DNA from: a virus
Direction: 5' to 3' (one strand)
IMG/VR virus record: IMGVR_UViG_3300013132_000021
DNA: 64,000 nt
Shown in pieces: positions 8,259 through 18,556 of this stretch. How positions within the stretch are numbered: the stretch's first letter is position 1; every line of letters begins with the position of its first letter. A program made the position numbers and the translations under genes. A model generated the notes under the pieces. That model was not told where the DNA came from. It saw only the letters and a list, made by a program, of their open reading frames with translations, and searched no databases.

Positions 8259-9845
8259 TCAAAGGCCCATGCTAACAAAGATTGGCATAGGCATGCTTTC
8301 TTCGGAGACTTTTTCAGTCATTTTATCGTAGATCTGTGGATCCCAATCAGCTAACACATCGGCCATGCGTATGATTAACAGTGTGCTGGATACGAGATCG
8401 TCGTGTTCACCGCTTTTGGCCTTAAAACCCAACCCTGTGGCCACAAAGTTCTTGAGTTCTGAAATCAAGGGCTTTGATTTCAAACTCATTTTATTAGTTT
8501 CGATGAGATTTTTTAATTGACTGCAGGCAGTGATCTTTGAACGGTGCGTGGTGTTGAATCCTTTACGGAACTTGCGTATGTGTCCTTTGCGTATGGGTTC
8601 ACTGAGAAACAGTCCGTGGAAGTTTTCTTCGCCTATGTCGTTGATCACTATCAACGCAGCTTCACCGAGGCTGTTGTTTTCCACTGAATAATAGATCTGT
8701 GGTATACCGCCCTGTTCCTCTCCACGGTCGTGTATGTATCTCAGTATTTCTCGCATGTGTTTGACCTGCTGTTGGACTGGGGTTTGATTGTGATGCCATT
8801 CTGCTACTTGGGTCATTGTAGGCATTTCATAGACCTGTATAGCAGCATAATCTCCACCAGTGCCTAGGCTGGGATCTAGAGCCACTAGATAAGTGGCCTT
8901 GTAGTCTACGTCCTTGTACCAGCGTGTCTGTCCCATGGTCATCACAGGATCTGAGCCGGCGAGCTCAACCAGTTTCACAGAGTTGATTAGGGTTTCATCA
9001 AAGATCAAGAATTCGCATTCAAACTCACGGCGGAAACGTTCTTCACCAATTTTAGATCTTTCTTGGTTGGCCCAGGCATCATCTCGATCTGGATGCTCCG
9101 ACCAATGAGCTGTATATGAAGCAAATCCGTTTTGTCCCACATCAGCTTCGTTACCAAACTCATCAAAACGTTTGTTGGCCTCGGCCCATATAATCGCAAA
9201 CTGATCTTCGTCTGAGTTTGGAGTTGATGTGATTATACACTTACCGCCAGTGGCCAATGTGGGACTCAACGCAGTCCAGAACTCTTTGGCCTTTTCAGGT
9301 GGCTGCACAAATGCAAACTCATCACAGTATATTAGAGAAAGAGATTTCCCACGACCTGTGTTTTCAGTAGTCGTAGTGGCCTGTATCCTTGCACCGTTGT
9401 CATACTCGATGGTGTTTCTATTGTAGGAATAAACGCCTGCACGTACGAAGTCTGGTAGATTTTCGTAGCCAAATCGATATCTATCCATGATGTCTTTGGC
9501 ACCTTCATATTTGTGTGCAGCTATCAATACCTGACAGTCTGGTATGAACATTGTGTACCATAATAGATAACCAGTGGCACAGGTGGTCTTGCCCATCTGG
9601 CGAGGCAGCATGGCTACACACTGTCTATTGGTGTGTATGCTTTTTATCAATCTTTCTTGATATTCGTAGGGTTCGAAATTAATAGCGCCACGAGTTGGAT
9701 GCTGTATCTTTAAAAAATTGGTGCAGAAATACAAAGGTCCTGTAACAGGATCCAAGCAGGCTTCAAGATGCTTGACCTCATCCATTGTGTATTTGGTCTG
9801 AGCGTGAGCCTTTTTAATCAGTACGCCGTCGAGTGATTTTCCCAT
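8259..9845 (-). CDS. 17: terminase large subunit (gp17)
   Basis: Walker A PRQMGKT, Walker B LIYCDEFAF, ITSTPN, nuclease ALDPSLGTGGDY and HDDLV. Confidence 0.95.
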   Translation of the reverse strand: MGKSLDGVLIKKAHAQTKYTMDEVKHLEACLDPVTGPLYFCTNFLKIQHPTRGAINFEPYEYQERLIKSIHTNRQCVAMLPRQMGKTTCATGYLLWYTMFIPDCQVLIAAHKYEGAKDIMDRYRFGYENLPDFVRAGVYSYNRNTIEYDNGARIQATTTTENTGRGKSLSLIYCDEFAFVQPPEKAKEFWTALSPTLATGGKCIITSTPNSDEDQFAIIWAEANKRFDEFGNEADVGQNGFASYTAHWSEHPDRDDAWANQERSKIGEERFRREFECEFLIFDETLINSVKLVELAGSDPVMTMGQTRWYKDVDYKATYLVALDPSLGTGGDYAAIQVYEMPTMTQVAEWHHNQTPVQQQVKHMREILRYIHDRGEEQGGIPQIYYSVENNSLGEAALIVINDIGEENFHGLFLSEPIRKGHIRKFRKGFNTTHRSKITACSQLKNLIETNKMSLKSKPLISELKNFVATGLGFKAKSGEHDDLVSSTLLIIRMADVLADWDPQIYDKMTEKVSEESMPMPIFVSMGL

Positions 9846-9863
9846 ATGTTTATTTACTGAAAA

Positions 9864-9887
9864 AAATAGGCTCCTAAGAGCCTATTT
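9864..9887 (-). terminator. rho-independent terminator followed by late promoter motif
   Basis: AAATAGGCTC/GAGCCTATTT hairpin with T-run on the minus strand; TAAATA at 9856-9851. Confidence 0.75.
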
Positions 9888-9903
9888 GATTGTGTTGAAT
9901 TTA

Positions 9904-10548
9904 TTAACTGTCTATGGTTTCTGCTGCATCAACTAGTGTTACAGCTACATCATCATAAATATCTGCAATGGAGTCTGGTAAAGTTACAGTTAATGATTCT
10001 TGGATCTCAGCACCCTGTGTACCATCAAACACCCGCATGCTCTTAACGTGGTTGGTTCTGCCAATCGCCTGACCAATTTGATAGCGTAGTGCTTTGGCAG
10101 TGGTATCTACAGTTACAGCACCACCTGTGGTAGGAGTGAATTGATATGGAGATCCAATCTCTGATCGTGTGCCACCTAACACACCTTCTGTGGTTGAAGC
10201 TGCTGCGGCACCTGCTCGATCATATCTCACTGTGAATGTCACGGTTTGCGGTTGATTATCCGCCACAGTAGCACCCGCACTAGTGAACTGCACATCTTGT
10301 ATCTGTGCATCTGCATATTTTTGTAAATTTTCGATGATGGCTAAAAATCTTTGTTGTCCTCTAGCCACACGACGACCAATTGCTAGCGTAGTTGGTTTGG
10401 TTGCAAATGCACTATGATCTTGTGGATAAACTGCACCGTTGGTGTTGCCGTCGGCTGTAGGATACGTTCCTGTGCCCCCACTTAATGTCAATACAACCTG
10501 ATAAAACTCTGGACGTAATGACTCAGTTGAAATTTTAAATCCTGACAT
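9904..10548 (-). CDS. hypothetical protein, probably virion structural
   Basis: 214 aa Thr/Ala/Gly-rich ORF in the late operon. Confidence 0.6.
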   Translation of the reverse strand: MSGFKISTESLRPEFYQVVLTLSGGTGTYPTADGNTNGAVYPQDHSAFATKPTTLAIGRRVARGQQRFLAIIENLQKYADAQIQDVQFTSAGATVADNQPQTVTFTVRYDRAGAAAASTTEGVLGGTRSEIGSPYQFTPTTGGAVTVDTTAKALRYQIGQAIGRTNHVKSMRVFDGTQGAEIQESLTVTLPDSIADIYDDVAVTLVDAAETIDS

Positions 10549-11294
10549 TATTTCGCTCCTTTAGCTTCTGCCAAACGTTGCATGAGTTCTGCACGTATAC
10601 CGGCTCGTAGTTGTTCTTTGCTTTCATATGCTCCGGCTGCCATAGGATTGTCGCCGCGATATGGTTTGCCGCTGAAGCTTTTCTTTGGTCTGTTTAGATC
10701 GTCGCCCTTGTTCATGATGTCATCGATGGTTTTATAGGTCGGCTCAGAATCTGCCACGCTGTTACCAAATGCTTCTTCTTTATCGCCTTTTTTGATATCT
10801 CCGGTACCTTTGCCGTTGATTTTAATTTCTTCGCCAGGAGGAGTATTTTGTACAGCCATGCCGTATGCATTGCCTTCTTCTTTATCTTTCTTTTCCATGT
10901 CATGATCATCCATGTCATGATCACCATCTTTATCTTGATCAAGACCTTTGATCTCTGGACCTTCTTCGCTGTCGAGATCTGATAACATTTTTAATGTGGG
11001 CATGCTAGGCTTGATGCTCATGATGCTGGGTTCGGCGCCCATGCTGGGCAATGGTGGAAGATTAGGTTTGTCCATGTCAGGATTAACCTTAGTTACCAGC
11101 TTCATCAATGATTCGATGTTGTCCATGCCCTGGGCATTTAGATTGATGCTCATTGAAGGTGGTGGTGTGTCTGGTTTGGGCATGCTCATCGGCGAAGACA
11201 TTGGCGGTGCCATTGGCGCATCCATGCCGCAACCTCCTTCATTTGTAGGTTGATCTAGTTCACGCATGCGTGCCATTAATTGATTGAAATCCAT
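10548..11294 (-). CDS. hypothetical low-complexity Met/Pro/Asp-rich protein (possible head core/internal protein)
   Basis: 248 aa ORF with DQDKDGDHDMDD segment; coupled to neighbours. Confidence 0.6.
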   Translation of the reverse strand: MDFNQLMARMRELDQPTNEGGCGMDAPMAPPMSSPMSMPKPDTPPPSMSINLNAQGMDNIESLMKLVTKVNPDMDKPNLPPLPSMGAEPSIMSIKPSMPTLKMLSDLDSEEGPEIKGLDQDKDGDHDMDDHDMEKKDKEEGNAYGMAVQNTPPGEEIKINGKGTGDIKKGDKEEAFGNSVADSEPTYKTIDDIMNKGDDLNRPKKSFSGKPYRGDNPMAAGAYESKEQLRAGIRAELMQRLAEAKGAK

Positions 11295-11297
11295 GTA

Positions 11298-11864
11298 TTA
11301 ACTCCCTAAGGCGCTTCGAGCACCTGCTTTGTCTTGTTTGCCCTTGGGCAGTTTGTATTCTACGTTGATACCATCCTTCTTGCGATCTTTGGCAGCTTTG
11401 TTCAAATCTTTTAAGAAACTCTTGTTGAAATCATCACCAAAATAGTCTTTGTGTTTGATTTTTCCTGTGCCCTTTTCCATGTCCTGTTCATCTAACAGTG
11501 CATCTCCTGTAGGCTCATTGTCCATTAGCAGCTGATCCATTTCTGTTGGCTCGCTGCTGCCACGCACACGGAAACAGTCTTCGGTGATGCCGGAATTCTT
11601 GATCATCTCTGCGATTTCTGGAGGTGTTATGGGATATTCGGTGACCACTTCAAACACTGTAACTTCCATGTTGCTTTTGTTTGGGAAATCCAACGGAAGT
11701 TTTTGTATAGGCGTTGTGCTCATCTTTTCAAAGGTTATGACCTTGCAGCGTTCTAGCTTGGTTTTGAGACTTTCCTGGAAATTTTCAGGAACCTCACCAG
11801 CAACTTTTACCTTGAAGCTGTAGGCTTTTTTGTTTTCAGTGAGATATTCTTTAAAAGTTTTCAT
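11298..11864 (-). CDS. putative internal head protein with capsid-targeting-like N-terminus
   Basis: Begins MKTFKEYLTE, resembling the T4 internal-protein targeting sequence MKTYQEFIAE; preceded by TAAATA. Confidence 0.6.
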   Translation of the reverse strand: MKTFKEYLTENKKAYSFKVKVAGEVPENFQESLKTKLERCKVITFEKMSTTPIQKLPLDFPNKSNMEVTVFEVVTEYPITPPEIAEMIKNSGITEDCFRVRGSSEPTEMDQLLMDNEPTGDALLDEQDMEKGTGKIKHKDYFGDDFNKSFLKDLNKAAKDRKKDGINVEYKLPKGKQDKAGARSALGS

Positions 11865-11872
11865 ATGAGTAT

Positions 11873-12349
11873 TTATGCTTTTCCGCTTAATTTTTTCAGC
11901 AGCTCATTGCGGTCTGTGATCACATATGCTGCACCGTTGATCACTCCGTCCTGTTCATTGCCTGCGTCATTGTCTATTTTCAGCTTCTTCAGTTGTAGAT
12001 CTACGCTTTTGAGTTTTTTATCTATTTTGTTGGTTTTAGCAGTAATCGCATTGCCCATCATGCTTGCAGCTACTTCGAAGATACGACCAGCATAACGAAC
12101 TTCTACGTTCATGCCCAGATCCATGAGATCATCATAGGCAGCTTCTGCTTTTTTGGCCAACTCGTCCAGTTCTCGATCATCTAACTCATCTAATTCTTTG
12201 ATCTGTGGCAGTCCTCTAGTGATTTCTGCTACTCTACGATAACTATCATCTAGGCTCTGCACCTGTTCGTGTGTGGGCGGTTCTACTGGCGCTTCTGCTA
12301 GAGATTCGGTGGTTTCGAGATTCAATAATTCTTCAAGTCTTTTGGTCAT
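11873..12349 (-). CDS. probable terminase small subunit (gp16-like)
   Basis: Helical protein with RIFEVAASMM and C-terminal YVITDRNELLKKL, reminiscent of gp16 of marine T4-like phages; near gp17 and gp4. Confidence 0.55.
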   Translation of the reverse strand: MTKRLEELLNLETTESLAEAPVEPPTHEQVQSLDDSYRRVAEITRGLPQIKELDELDDRELDELAKKAEAAYDDLMDLGMNVEVRYAGRIFEVAASMMGNAITAKTNKIDKKLKSVDLQLKKLKIDNDAGNEQDGVINGAAYVITDRNELLKKLSGKA

Positions 12350-12356
12350 ATCGTAC

Positions 12357-12797
12357 TTATCTTCGTTTTGTGCCCTGATGGAAAATGTCTGTTTCGTTAA
12401 TCACACGGAACTTGATGTTCTGTTGCTTGCACCAAGCATTAGCAGCTTCCCATTTGGCCATGTTTTTCACATACTGCTGTTGATTGTATTGACTCTTACC
12501 CACAGCTTCTCTAAAGGCGTGATTAGAAGGTTTTACCTCCACGACTTCTGCATGCTTTGCTCCTTTTTTATCTTGATATACGATAAAAAAATCTGGCACA
12601 TATATGGTGCTGCGACCAGTTAGGGGATCTCTATAGGGTATCTTGATGCTTTCTGATGCCCAATTCTGTACACCTGGATGTTCATCCAACATCCGCATGA
12701 ACACAAACTCCCACGAGCTGCGAGCCAATGGAGTTTTTAACCCCACGTACTTGGCAGGATTTTTCATTTCAAATCTACCCTGTGCAAATTTGCCCAT
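12357..12797 (-). CDS. 4: head completion nuclease gp4-like (TnsA-like PD-(D/E)xK)
   Basis: KNPAKYVG, RSSWE, WASE..KIPY, YVPDF, EVKP, KWEAA..WC, F.VINE motifs. Confidence 0.9.
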   Translation of the reverse strand: MGKFAQGRFEMKNPAKYVGLKTPLARSSWEFVFMRMLDEHPGVQNWASESIKIPYRDPLTGRSTIYVPDFFIVYQDKKGAKHAEVVEVKPSNHAFREAVGKSQYNQQQYVKNMAKWEAANAWCKQQNIKFRVINETDIFHQGTKRR

Positions 12798-13162
12798 TAT
12801 GCAGCTATGTTTCTAGTCTGATTAGGTTTAATATCTGACGTTCTAAAACCTAAAAGGCTGGTAGGTACTCGATTGTTGTTTAGTATCTCTCCAACTAATT
12901 GGCTGAGGTTGTTTTTGTTCATTCCTGTAAGTGTGTCTAAGATCTGTGAGATAGGAGTAGCATCGATTTTGGCCTGTCGTAACAGAGTCATAGCCACGGT
13001 ACCTGCTGCGTCCGAATCAAAGCCTGCACCGGTAAAAAAACTCACAGCAGCAGTAACGTCGTTGGCTGCGAACTCCAGTGCAGCTTCACCGTAGGTATCA
13101 AAATACAGCTTGGTGCCTGCGGCACTGTCTTGGATTTCAAATGCGGGTAAATTAGTGGCCAT
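12797..13162 (-). CDS. hypothetical protein
   Basis: 121 aa ORF coupled to neighbours. Confidence 0.7.
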   Translation of the reverse strand: MATNLPAFEIQDSAAGTKLYFDTYGEAALEFAANDVTAAVSFFTGAGFDSDAAGTVAMTLLRQAKIDATPISQILDTLTGMNKNNLSQLVGEILNNNRVPTSLLGFRTSDIKPNQTRNIAA

Positions 13163-13163
13163 G

Positions 13164-14267
13164 TTATGCTTGATTTCCTGGACCTGAAGGGAAGTCTCCT
13201 ACCAAGGGTCTTTGGGTTGCTGAGGTAGAAGGTGAACGATTAGCACTTTTAGGAAACACAGCGCCTACTACTCCACCTACGGTGCTGATAGCTGAGGAAA
13301 TATTACCCGGATTGCTGAGTATATTAATAGCTTCAGATTTTAATTGTGCCGATGACAATGACTTGATATTTTTATAGGTGTTGATTGACGCTATTGCTGT
13401 GCTGAGAAATCCGCCCGGACTGTTGAAGGCTGCACCTGATCCTAGATTACCAAATATCTGTTCAAGGCCATCTAATACCCCACCTTCTCCGGTAAGTGTA
13501 GCAACGCCGCCGCCTGCTACTGATATAGGACTTGGTACTGAATCATAGTGCAGTGTTGCAAATCCTTTAGGACTATTATAGGCTACCTGACCTGCTGAAT
13601 ATTTCACTGATTCATACTCTAAAGTCATTGTGCTTTCTGCGAATTCGCTAGCAGAGTAATCCATGTTGCCATGGCTCCAAGTTTTAATTTTTGGATTAAT
13701 CAATGTATAGCCCAGAAATCTTCTACGAGCCATAGTATAGATACTAACAGATTTAAAAAAACCAGCGGTAACGTTGTTGTCCATACCATATCGAAAATTA
13801 TCTTTTGGTGTATCAGCTGCACGATATTTGGTTTCAGAGTAAGCTGATTCTGGAAGTTGTCTATCGGCAATATAATATCCATAGTACACAGCCCACATGG
13901 CACTGATAACTCCGGTAGCATCATCATGCATGGTGATGTTTACTGGTTCGTAATTGAAATTTTTATAGATTATTTTTTTTCTATTGTACTGGTTTTTTAC
14001 CACACTATCAAAATTATATTTGGGCAGTTCTGCAGTTTTTACAAGTAATCCAACTTCATCGTGATGTTTATTAGAAAATGCTGGAACTCGCATCACACTT
14101 TTATCAATCTCAAATCTCACATAGTAGTTGAACTTGGTGCGAGGAGCCAGCCGCATGTTGCCATCTATGAACAGCTTGGTAGCGTGACGCCAGTTTGCGC
14201 TCTGTCCTTTGGGAGTCAATAAGCCTTCGCCGACACCAGTGAGAAATCGTGTGAAATAGTTTGCCAT
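13164..14267 (-). CDS. tail tube-like protein / baseplate-tube initiator (gp54/gp48-like)
   Basis: LVKTAELPKYNF..NQYNRK..YEPVNITMHDD tube-fold pattern; follows the tail tube gene. Confidence 0.65.
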   Translation of the reverse strand: MANYFTRFLTGVGEGLLTPKGQSANWRHATKLFIDGNMRLAPRTKFNYYVRFEIDKSVMRVPAFSNKHHDEVGLLVKTAELPKYNFDSVVKNQYNRKKIIYKNFNYEPVNITMHDDATGVISAMWAVYYGYYIADRQLPESAYSETKYRAADTPKDNFRYGMDNNVTAGFFKSVSIYTMARRRFLGYTLINPKIKTWSHGNMDYSASEFAESTMTLEYESVKYSAGQVAYNSPKGFATLHYDSVPSPISVAGGGVATLTGEGGVLDGLEQIFGNLGSGAAFNSPGGFLSTAIASINTYKNIKSLSSAQLKSEAINILSNPGNISSAISTVGGVVGAVFPKSANRSPSTSATQRPLVGDFPSGPGNQA

Positions 14268-14283
14268 ACAAATATTTATGTCA

Positions 14284-14316
14284 CAAAAAAAGCTCGAAAT
14301 AATCGAGCTTTTTTTG
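14284..14316 (-). terminator. rho-independent terminator (bidirectional-type)
   Basis: AAAAAAAGCTCGA/TCGAGCTTTTTTT perfect inverted repeat after the tail tube gene. Confidence 0.8.
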
Positions 14317-14328
14317 ATACAGGGTTAA

Positions 14329-14979
14329 TTATCCCTGTGCGGTTGAAGCGCCTGTTACGGCTGCACCTAAAGTACGTCCTACTGCTGCACCGATACCACC
14401 AATTGCACTTGTAGCTGCTGCACCTGCTGCAAACTGTGATAGATTGTCGTAGGCGATAATCAGTGCCACTGTCATGTGTTCATTGGTTGAATAGTTGGCT
14501 TCGCCGTAGTCTGCGTTCTGCACAAAACATCCATAGAGTTCAAATGTTTCTAGAGTTTCTGGAACTAGTGTGCCGTTACCACCGTCTAAGACTTCTATGC
14601 GTGTGGTAAATTTGTAGTCGATACCTGAACGAGCGGACGCCTGTTCCATGAAATCGTATTGTTTCTGGATCTGTTGTCCCACAAGTTTTTGTACTTGACC
14701 ACTGGCGTCATCACGCAAGGTCAATGTGATGTTTTCTAGTGTGTATCTGCCAGCCAACTTGACCTTGGAGTTATAGACATCCAGCGTCATTTCTTCAAAT
14801 GACACTTTGGGTCTGGTCACGTCCTGTACCTGCTTGGTAAGTTCTGTGGCAGCGGCAACTCCAAAACCCAACAGTGTTACTCTAAAGCGATATTTTAATT
14901 TAGGCATCAACAACACCTGGGTGCTGCCAGCTGCGTTTGTGGTTGGGATACCTAAATTATTCAGTGATGTAATTGCCAT
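14329..14979 (-). CDS. 19: tail tube protein (gp19-like)
   Basis: PKLKYRFRV, VTRPKVSFEE, KLAGR....ITLTLRDD, ETFELYGCF; immediately downstream of the sheath. Confidence 0.85.
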   Translation of the reverse strand: MAITSLNNLGIPTTNAAGSTQVLLMPKLKYRFRVTLLGFGVAAATELTKQVQDVTRPKVSFEEMTLDVYNSKVKLAGRYTLENITLTLRDDASGQVQKLVGQQIQKQYDFMEQASARSGIDYKFTTRIEVLDGGNGTLVPETLETFELYGCFVQNADYGEANYSTNEHMTVALIIAYDNLSQFAAGAAATSAIGGIGAAVGRTLGAAVTGASTAQG

Positions 14980-14981
14980 TT

Positions 14982-17900
14982 TTAAATTTCTCCTGTGTTC
15001 TTGACACGTAACGGAATGTAAATGAACTCTATAGCCTTCACAGGTTCAATTGCGATATCAACATACAGTTCGTTGCGATCTATCCTTGACGGTGTGTTGT
15101 TACTTTCGTCACAGACAACCGCAAAGTCGTAGAGTGCTCTTAGTCCTACTAGTTCTAACAACAGACTTTCTACAGCTTGTTTGATTTCATCACGTGTGAT
15201 TTTGTCATTGGGTTCAAAGATATACGGACGAGCCAACTTGTTCAATTGACTACGTAGGTATACCACTAGACGTGCTACGTTGATGCGATCCAACGCTGAA
15301 GCATTTCTTGCGCGAGTCTTTTGACCATGTGCTACCAGTCCTATTCCGTTGAAGAATGGAATAGGATTAACTTTTAGATCGTACAGTGTATCACGCTGTC
15401 CTTCATTTAGCGCAACTGTTTGAAACTCGCCTGTGGCAGCGTCAATATAACCAACTGCTGTGGCATTAGTGATTCCACCTCGACGTGTTCCTGCCGGAGC
15501 AAACCATGGGAAGCTGACATTGTCGCTGAGTGTGATAGTCTTCAACATCATATGGCTGGCTGGAACTACTGCAGGTGCCCCAGCGAGGTCAGTGGTAAAT
15601 CCGTTTGGATAATAAACTGCCAAATACTCATCATAGGTAACAATACCGTCATCACCGTTGTCTGTGACTAGATTAGCATTGGTACCCCATGTGGTCAATG
15701 ATGTAGCATCTGAAGCCAAACGCAACGGAGTGTCGCCTACCACAAACGCAGTAACACCGCGATCTATATTTAGGTTCACTAGATTGCTCAACAGTTCTGG
15801 ATAACCAGGAGCAGCTATAATATTGAAGTTACGACGTTCTTCGTCACGTATCTCTTGGCTGGTGTCAACCACACTCTTCAAGGCCTGTGTTACTACCTTG
15901 CGCTGTGCTTTGCGACCAAACGAGCCTGAACCATCTTCATTGTTACCTGAAGCTGTGGTCCAACGGTCTGTAGCATAAGTTTCCATGCTTTGTCCGCTGC
16001 CGCTGACGAATGCTGAACCCGACAGCGTAGCTGCGCTGGTTCTTGGATTGTCAGCAGTGGTATCAATGTAGTTGTTTTGATACTGTTTGACATTGCCTCC
16101 ACTGCGTCGTAGATTCCATAACAATATGCCTTTGGGATATAGTGCAGGATCCGGAGCATCTGGATCTAAGAAGTTGTTGGTAATTAGATCTTCTATGGTG
16201 CTGGCCTCTGTTGAAGTACCTGCGGTATTCCAACGTGCATCTGCAAACAACACACCTTCTTCTGTGGTCTGATCTGCTTTGTCTACCAGTTCCCAACGCT
16301 GTGAAAGATCAGCTATGTCACTTAGATTAGTGTTGTATCTGTAAATGGTTGGATAATTTTCAAGGTCTGCTGTGCTGATCCATATATCACCATTGGCTGT
16401 GACGCCGCTCTTGTACGGATTTGAAGCTGCGACTATAGGCAGGTATCCTGCTCTTAGTGTTGCTGTAGCTGCCTCATAGTAAGGTGCTGTGGAATGACGA
16501 TATCCTACCCAGGTGTTGCCGTTGTGTACCATTAGATCTACTTCTGAGAAATTAGGATTGTACCATAACTGTCCGTCTTGTGGTTCGTTTAATGGTTCAT
16601 CACCAGAAGCAGCGAATCTCGGATCTGTGGCTGCCAGTGGTTTCCAACCAGATGCTAAGTATCCGCCTACTGCAGATTGTGCTTCGTAGAAGTTTTCTGT
16701 ACCTGCCAAGGTATCTATGTTGTAGGCAGTGAACATACTAGCAACTGCTGTGCCAGAACTATCTGCTAGCCTAAAATCACCACCCAGTGTATGACTGATA
16801 ACAACTCTATTTGACGTGGCACTAACTTCTGTTACTGAAGCCACAATGTTTGTGAATCCTGCTGCGTTGATAGCTGCCGCTATAAGATCTGCATCTGCGC
16901 TGGTACCTACAGCGGTAAATGAAATGTTTTTAGCTGTGTCTAGTGCCAACGTGGTCTTTAATGATTCGCTGATAGTAAATGTTTTAGCACCTGCTGAAAT
17001 CGTGCCGGCTTTGATAATGTTACTAGTGATGCTGGTAGCTGCACCAACACCAATGTTTCTACGCCACAGTCTAAATGTCACTGTGGTAGGAGTCGTATCA
17101 AATCCTGATGTTTCTTTGGCATTGGCCTGTGTGAACAATGAATTTTCTGCAATGCCTGCGCCACCGCCGCTGCGATCTAGATAAAATAAGGCTGCTGCGG
17201 TGTCGTCATATATTGGTGCTTCGTAGCTGACCCACGATAGTGTAGCTGAACTCCAACGCTTGGCTCTCCAACGAGCACCATTGTTAGGTTCTGTGGTTTT
17301 GATCCATACACTGCCTGTTGCTGCGCCGCCAACTGTATCTGTGTTTTCACTACGTTTGTAGCTAGGTATAGATGTATGAGGCTGCTGTGCTAGCCGTGGG
17401 CTTAGATATACGCCTGCTGTGATACCTAGTGCGCTGAGAGCCGTGGTTCCGTCCTCAAGTAGAACACGACCGTCTGGGCCTGATGAATCACCAGGGGTGC
17501 CATCAGCTGCTGAACGACCATCGGAATAGATATACAATCTGCCACTAATAGCCTGTGCATTTACACCTTGGATATTCGCTGCATTAATAGCTGTGGCTAT
17601 AGCTGCAGTAGTTCCTGAACCGCTGATTAGACTGTTGTTGACATAAAAATTGTAAGTGACTGACCCACTGACTGCTGTACCGTTAACCACTGGCCAGCTG
17701 GCCGACCATTCGTTAGAACCTACTAGTACCCATTCGCCTGCATCGACACCAGTTCCGCCGCCACCAATTCCACCGTTACCTGCTGATTTATAATAGATCC
17801 TTGCATATTCTTCTTCTGCACCAAATGAAGTGTCACCTTCTACTGTGCGGAAAACCACAGCATAGTCACCTATCTGACCTACCGCTGCTTTCGGCGCATT

Positions 17901-18443
17901 GCCATCGATCTTCGATGGAAAATCTGCGTCTGTTAATACTAGTGGAACTTTGTATGTGAATTTTTGTCCGCCTGCTACTGTAGCAGCAGCACCGTTCCAT
18001 TCTTGAATACCCCAGGTTGTGGCCTGTGTATCAATCCACCACTGGCCGTTCGTGGGATTCGCTCCCGGGGCGTCAGTCTGTGCTTCTAGTTCATCTAGAT
18101 CAATATCTGCTCTTACAATAAAAGCAGCGTTGCTTACACCTAATAAACTGTAGGCTGTAAGCAGTCCGTATTCGTTGCGCTCTGAACCATGTACAGGAGT
18201 AGCACTGGCTGTTTTCTCAAAGAATGGAACACCAAATGTTTCTGTTAGTTCTCGCTGGCTGGTTATCTTAAAGGCCTTGCCAGCATTGGCCGCTGTGGTA
18301 CCTAATGCAGTGCCTGTGCCTGCACCATTGGTTTTATCTTGCGCTGTTGCTACTACGATAAGAGGTGTGGTACCAGGTTCTGCTGGTGTATAAAAACTCT
18401 CGTCGATTACCGTAACTTCTACGCCTGGTGATTGTAGTGCCAT
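14982..18443 (-). CDS. 18: tail sheath protein (gp18-like) with large internal insertion
   Basis: MALQSPGVEVTVIDES start, FPWFAPAGTRRG, GQKT, ALDRINVARL, FEPND, VVCDESNNTP..IDRNEL..IEPVKAIEFI. Confidence 0.95.
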   Translation of the reverse strand: MALQSPGVEVTVIDESFYTPAEPGTTPLIVVATAQDKTNGAGTGTALGTTAANAGKAFKITSQRELTETFGVPFFEKTASATPVHGSERNEYGLLTAYSLLGVSNAAFIVRADIDLDELEAQTDAPGANPTNGQWWIDTQATTWGIQEWNGAAATVAGGQKFTYKVPLVLTDADFPSKIDGNAPKAAVGQIGDYAVVFRTVEGDTSFGAEEEYARIYYKSAGNGGIGGGGTGVDAGEWVLVGSNEWSASWPVVNGTAVSGSVTYNFYVNNSLISGSGTTAAIATAINAANIQGVNAQAISGRLYIYSDGRSAADGTPGDSSGPDGRVLLEDGTTALSALGITAGVYLSPRLAQQPHTSIPSYKRSENTDTVGGAATGSVWIKTTEPNNGARWRAKRWSSATLSWVSYEAPIYDDTAAALFYLDRSGGGAGIAENSLFTQANAKETSGFDTTPTTVTFRLWRRNIGVGAATSITSNIIKAGTISAGAKTFTISESLKTTLALDTAKNISFTAVGTSADADLIAAAINAAGFTNIVASVTEVSATSNRVVISHTLGGDFRLADSSGTAVASMFTAYNIDTLAGTENFYEAQSAVGGYLASGWKPLAATDPRFAASGDEPLNEPQDGQLWYNPNFSEVDLMVHNGNTWVGYRHSTAPYYEAATATLRAGYLPIVAASNPYKSGVTANGDIWISTADLENYPTIYRYNTNLSDIADLSQRWELVDKADQTTEEGVLFADARWNTAGTSTEASTIEDLITNNFLDPDAPDPALYPKGILLWNLRRSGGNVKQYQNNYIDTTADNPRTSAATLSGSAFVSGSGQSMETYATDRWTTASGNNEDGSGSFGRKAQRKVVTQALKSVVDTSQEIRDEERRNFNIIAAPGYPELLSNLVNLNIDRGVTAFVVGDTPLRLASDATSLTTWGTNANLVTDNGDDGIVTYDEYLAVYYPNGFTTDLAGAPAVVPASHMMLKTITLSDNVSFPWFAPAGTRRGGITNATAVGYIDAATGEFQTVALNEGQRDTLYDLKVNPIPFFNGIGLVAHGQKTRARNASALDRINVARLVVYLRSQLNKLARPYIFEPNDKITRDEIKQAVESLLLELVGLRALYDFAVVCDESNNTPSRIDRNELYVDIAIEPVKAIEFIYIPLRVKNTGEI

Positions 18444-18556
18444 CCCATTTTCTCCTGGTAATAGTTGCTCATAATATTTAGCCGCCAAGTGTAAAAATGG
18501 ATGGTTAATATCAGGATAAAAGGGGTGGAAAAGGTATAGATACGTTAAATATCTTT

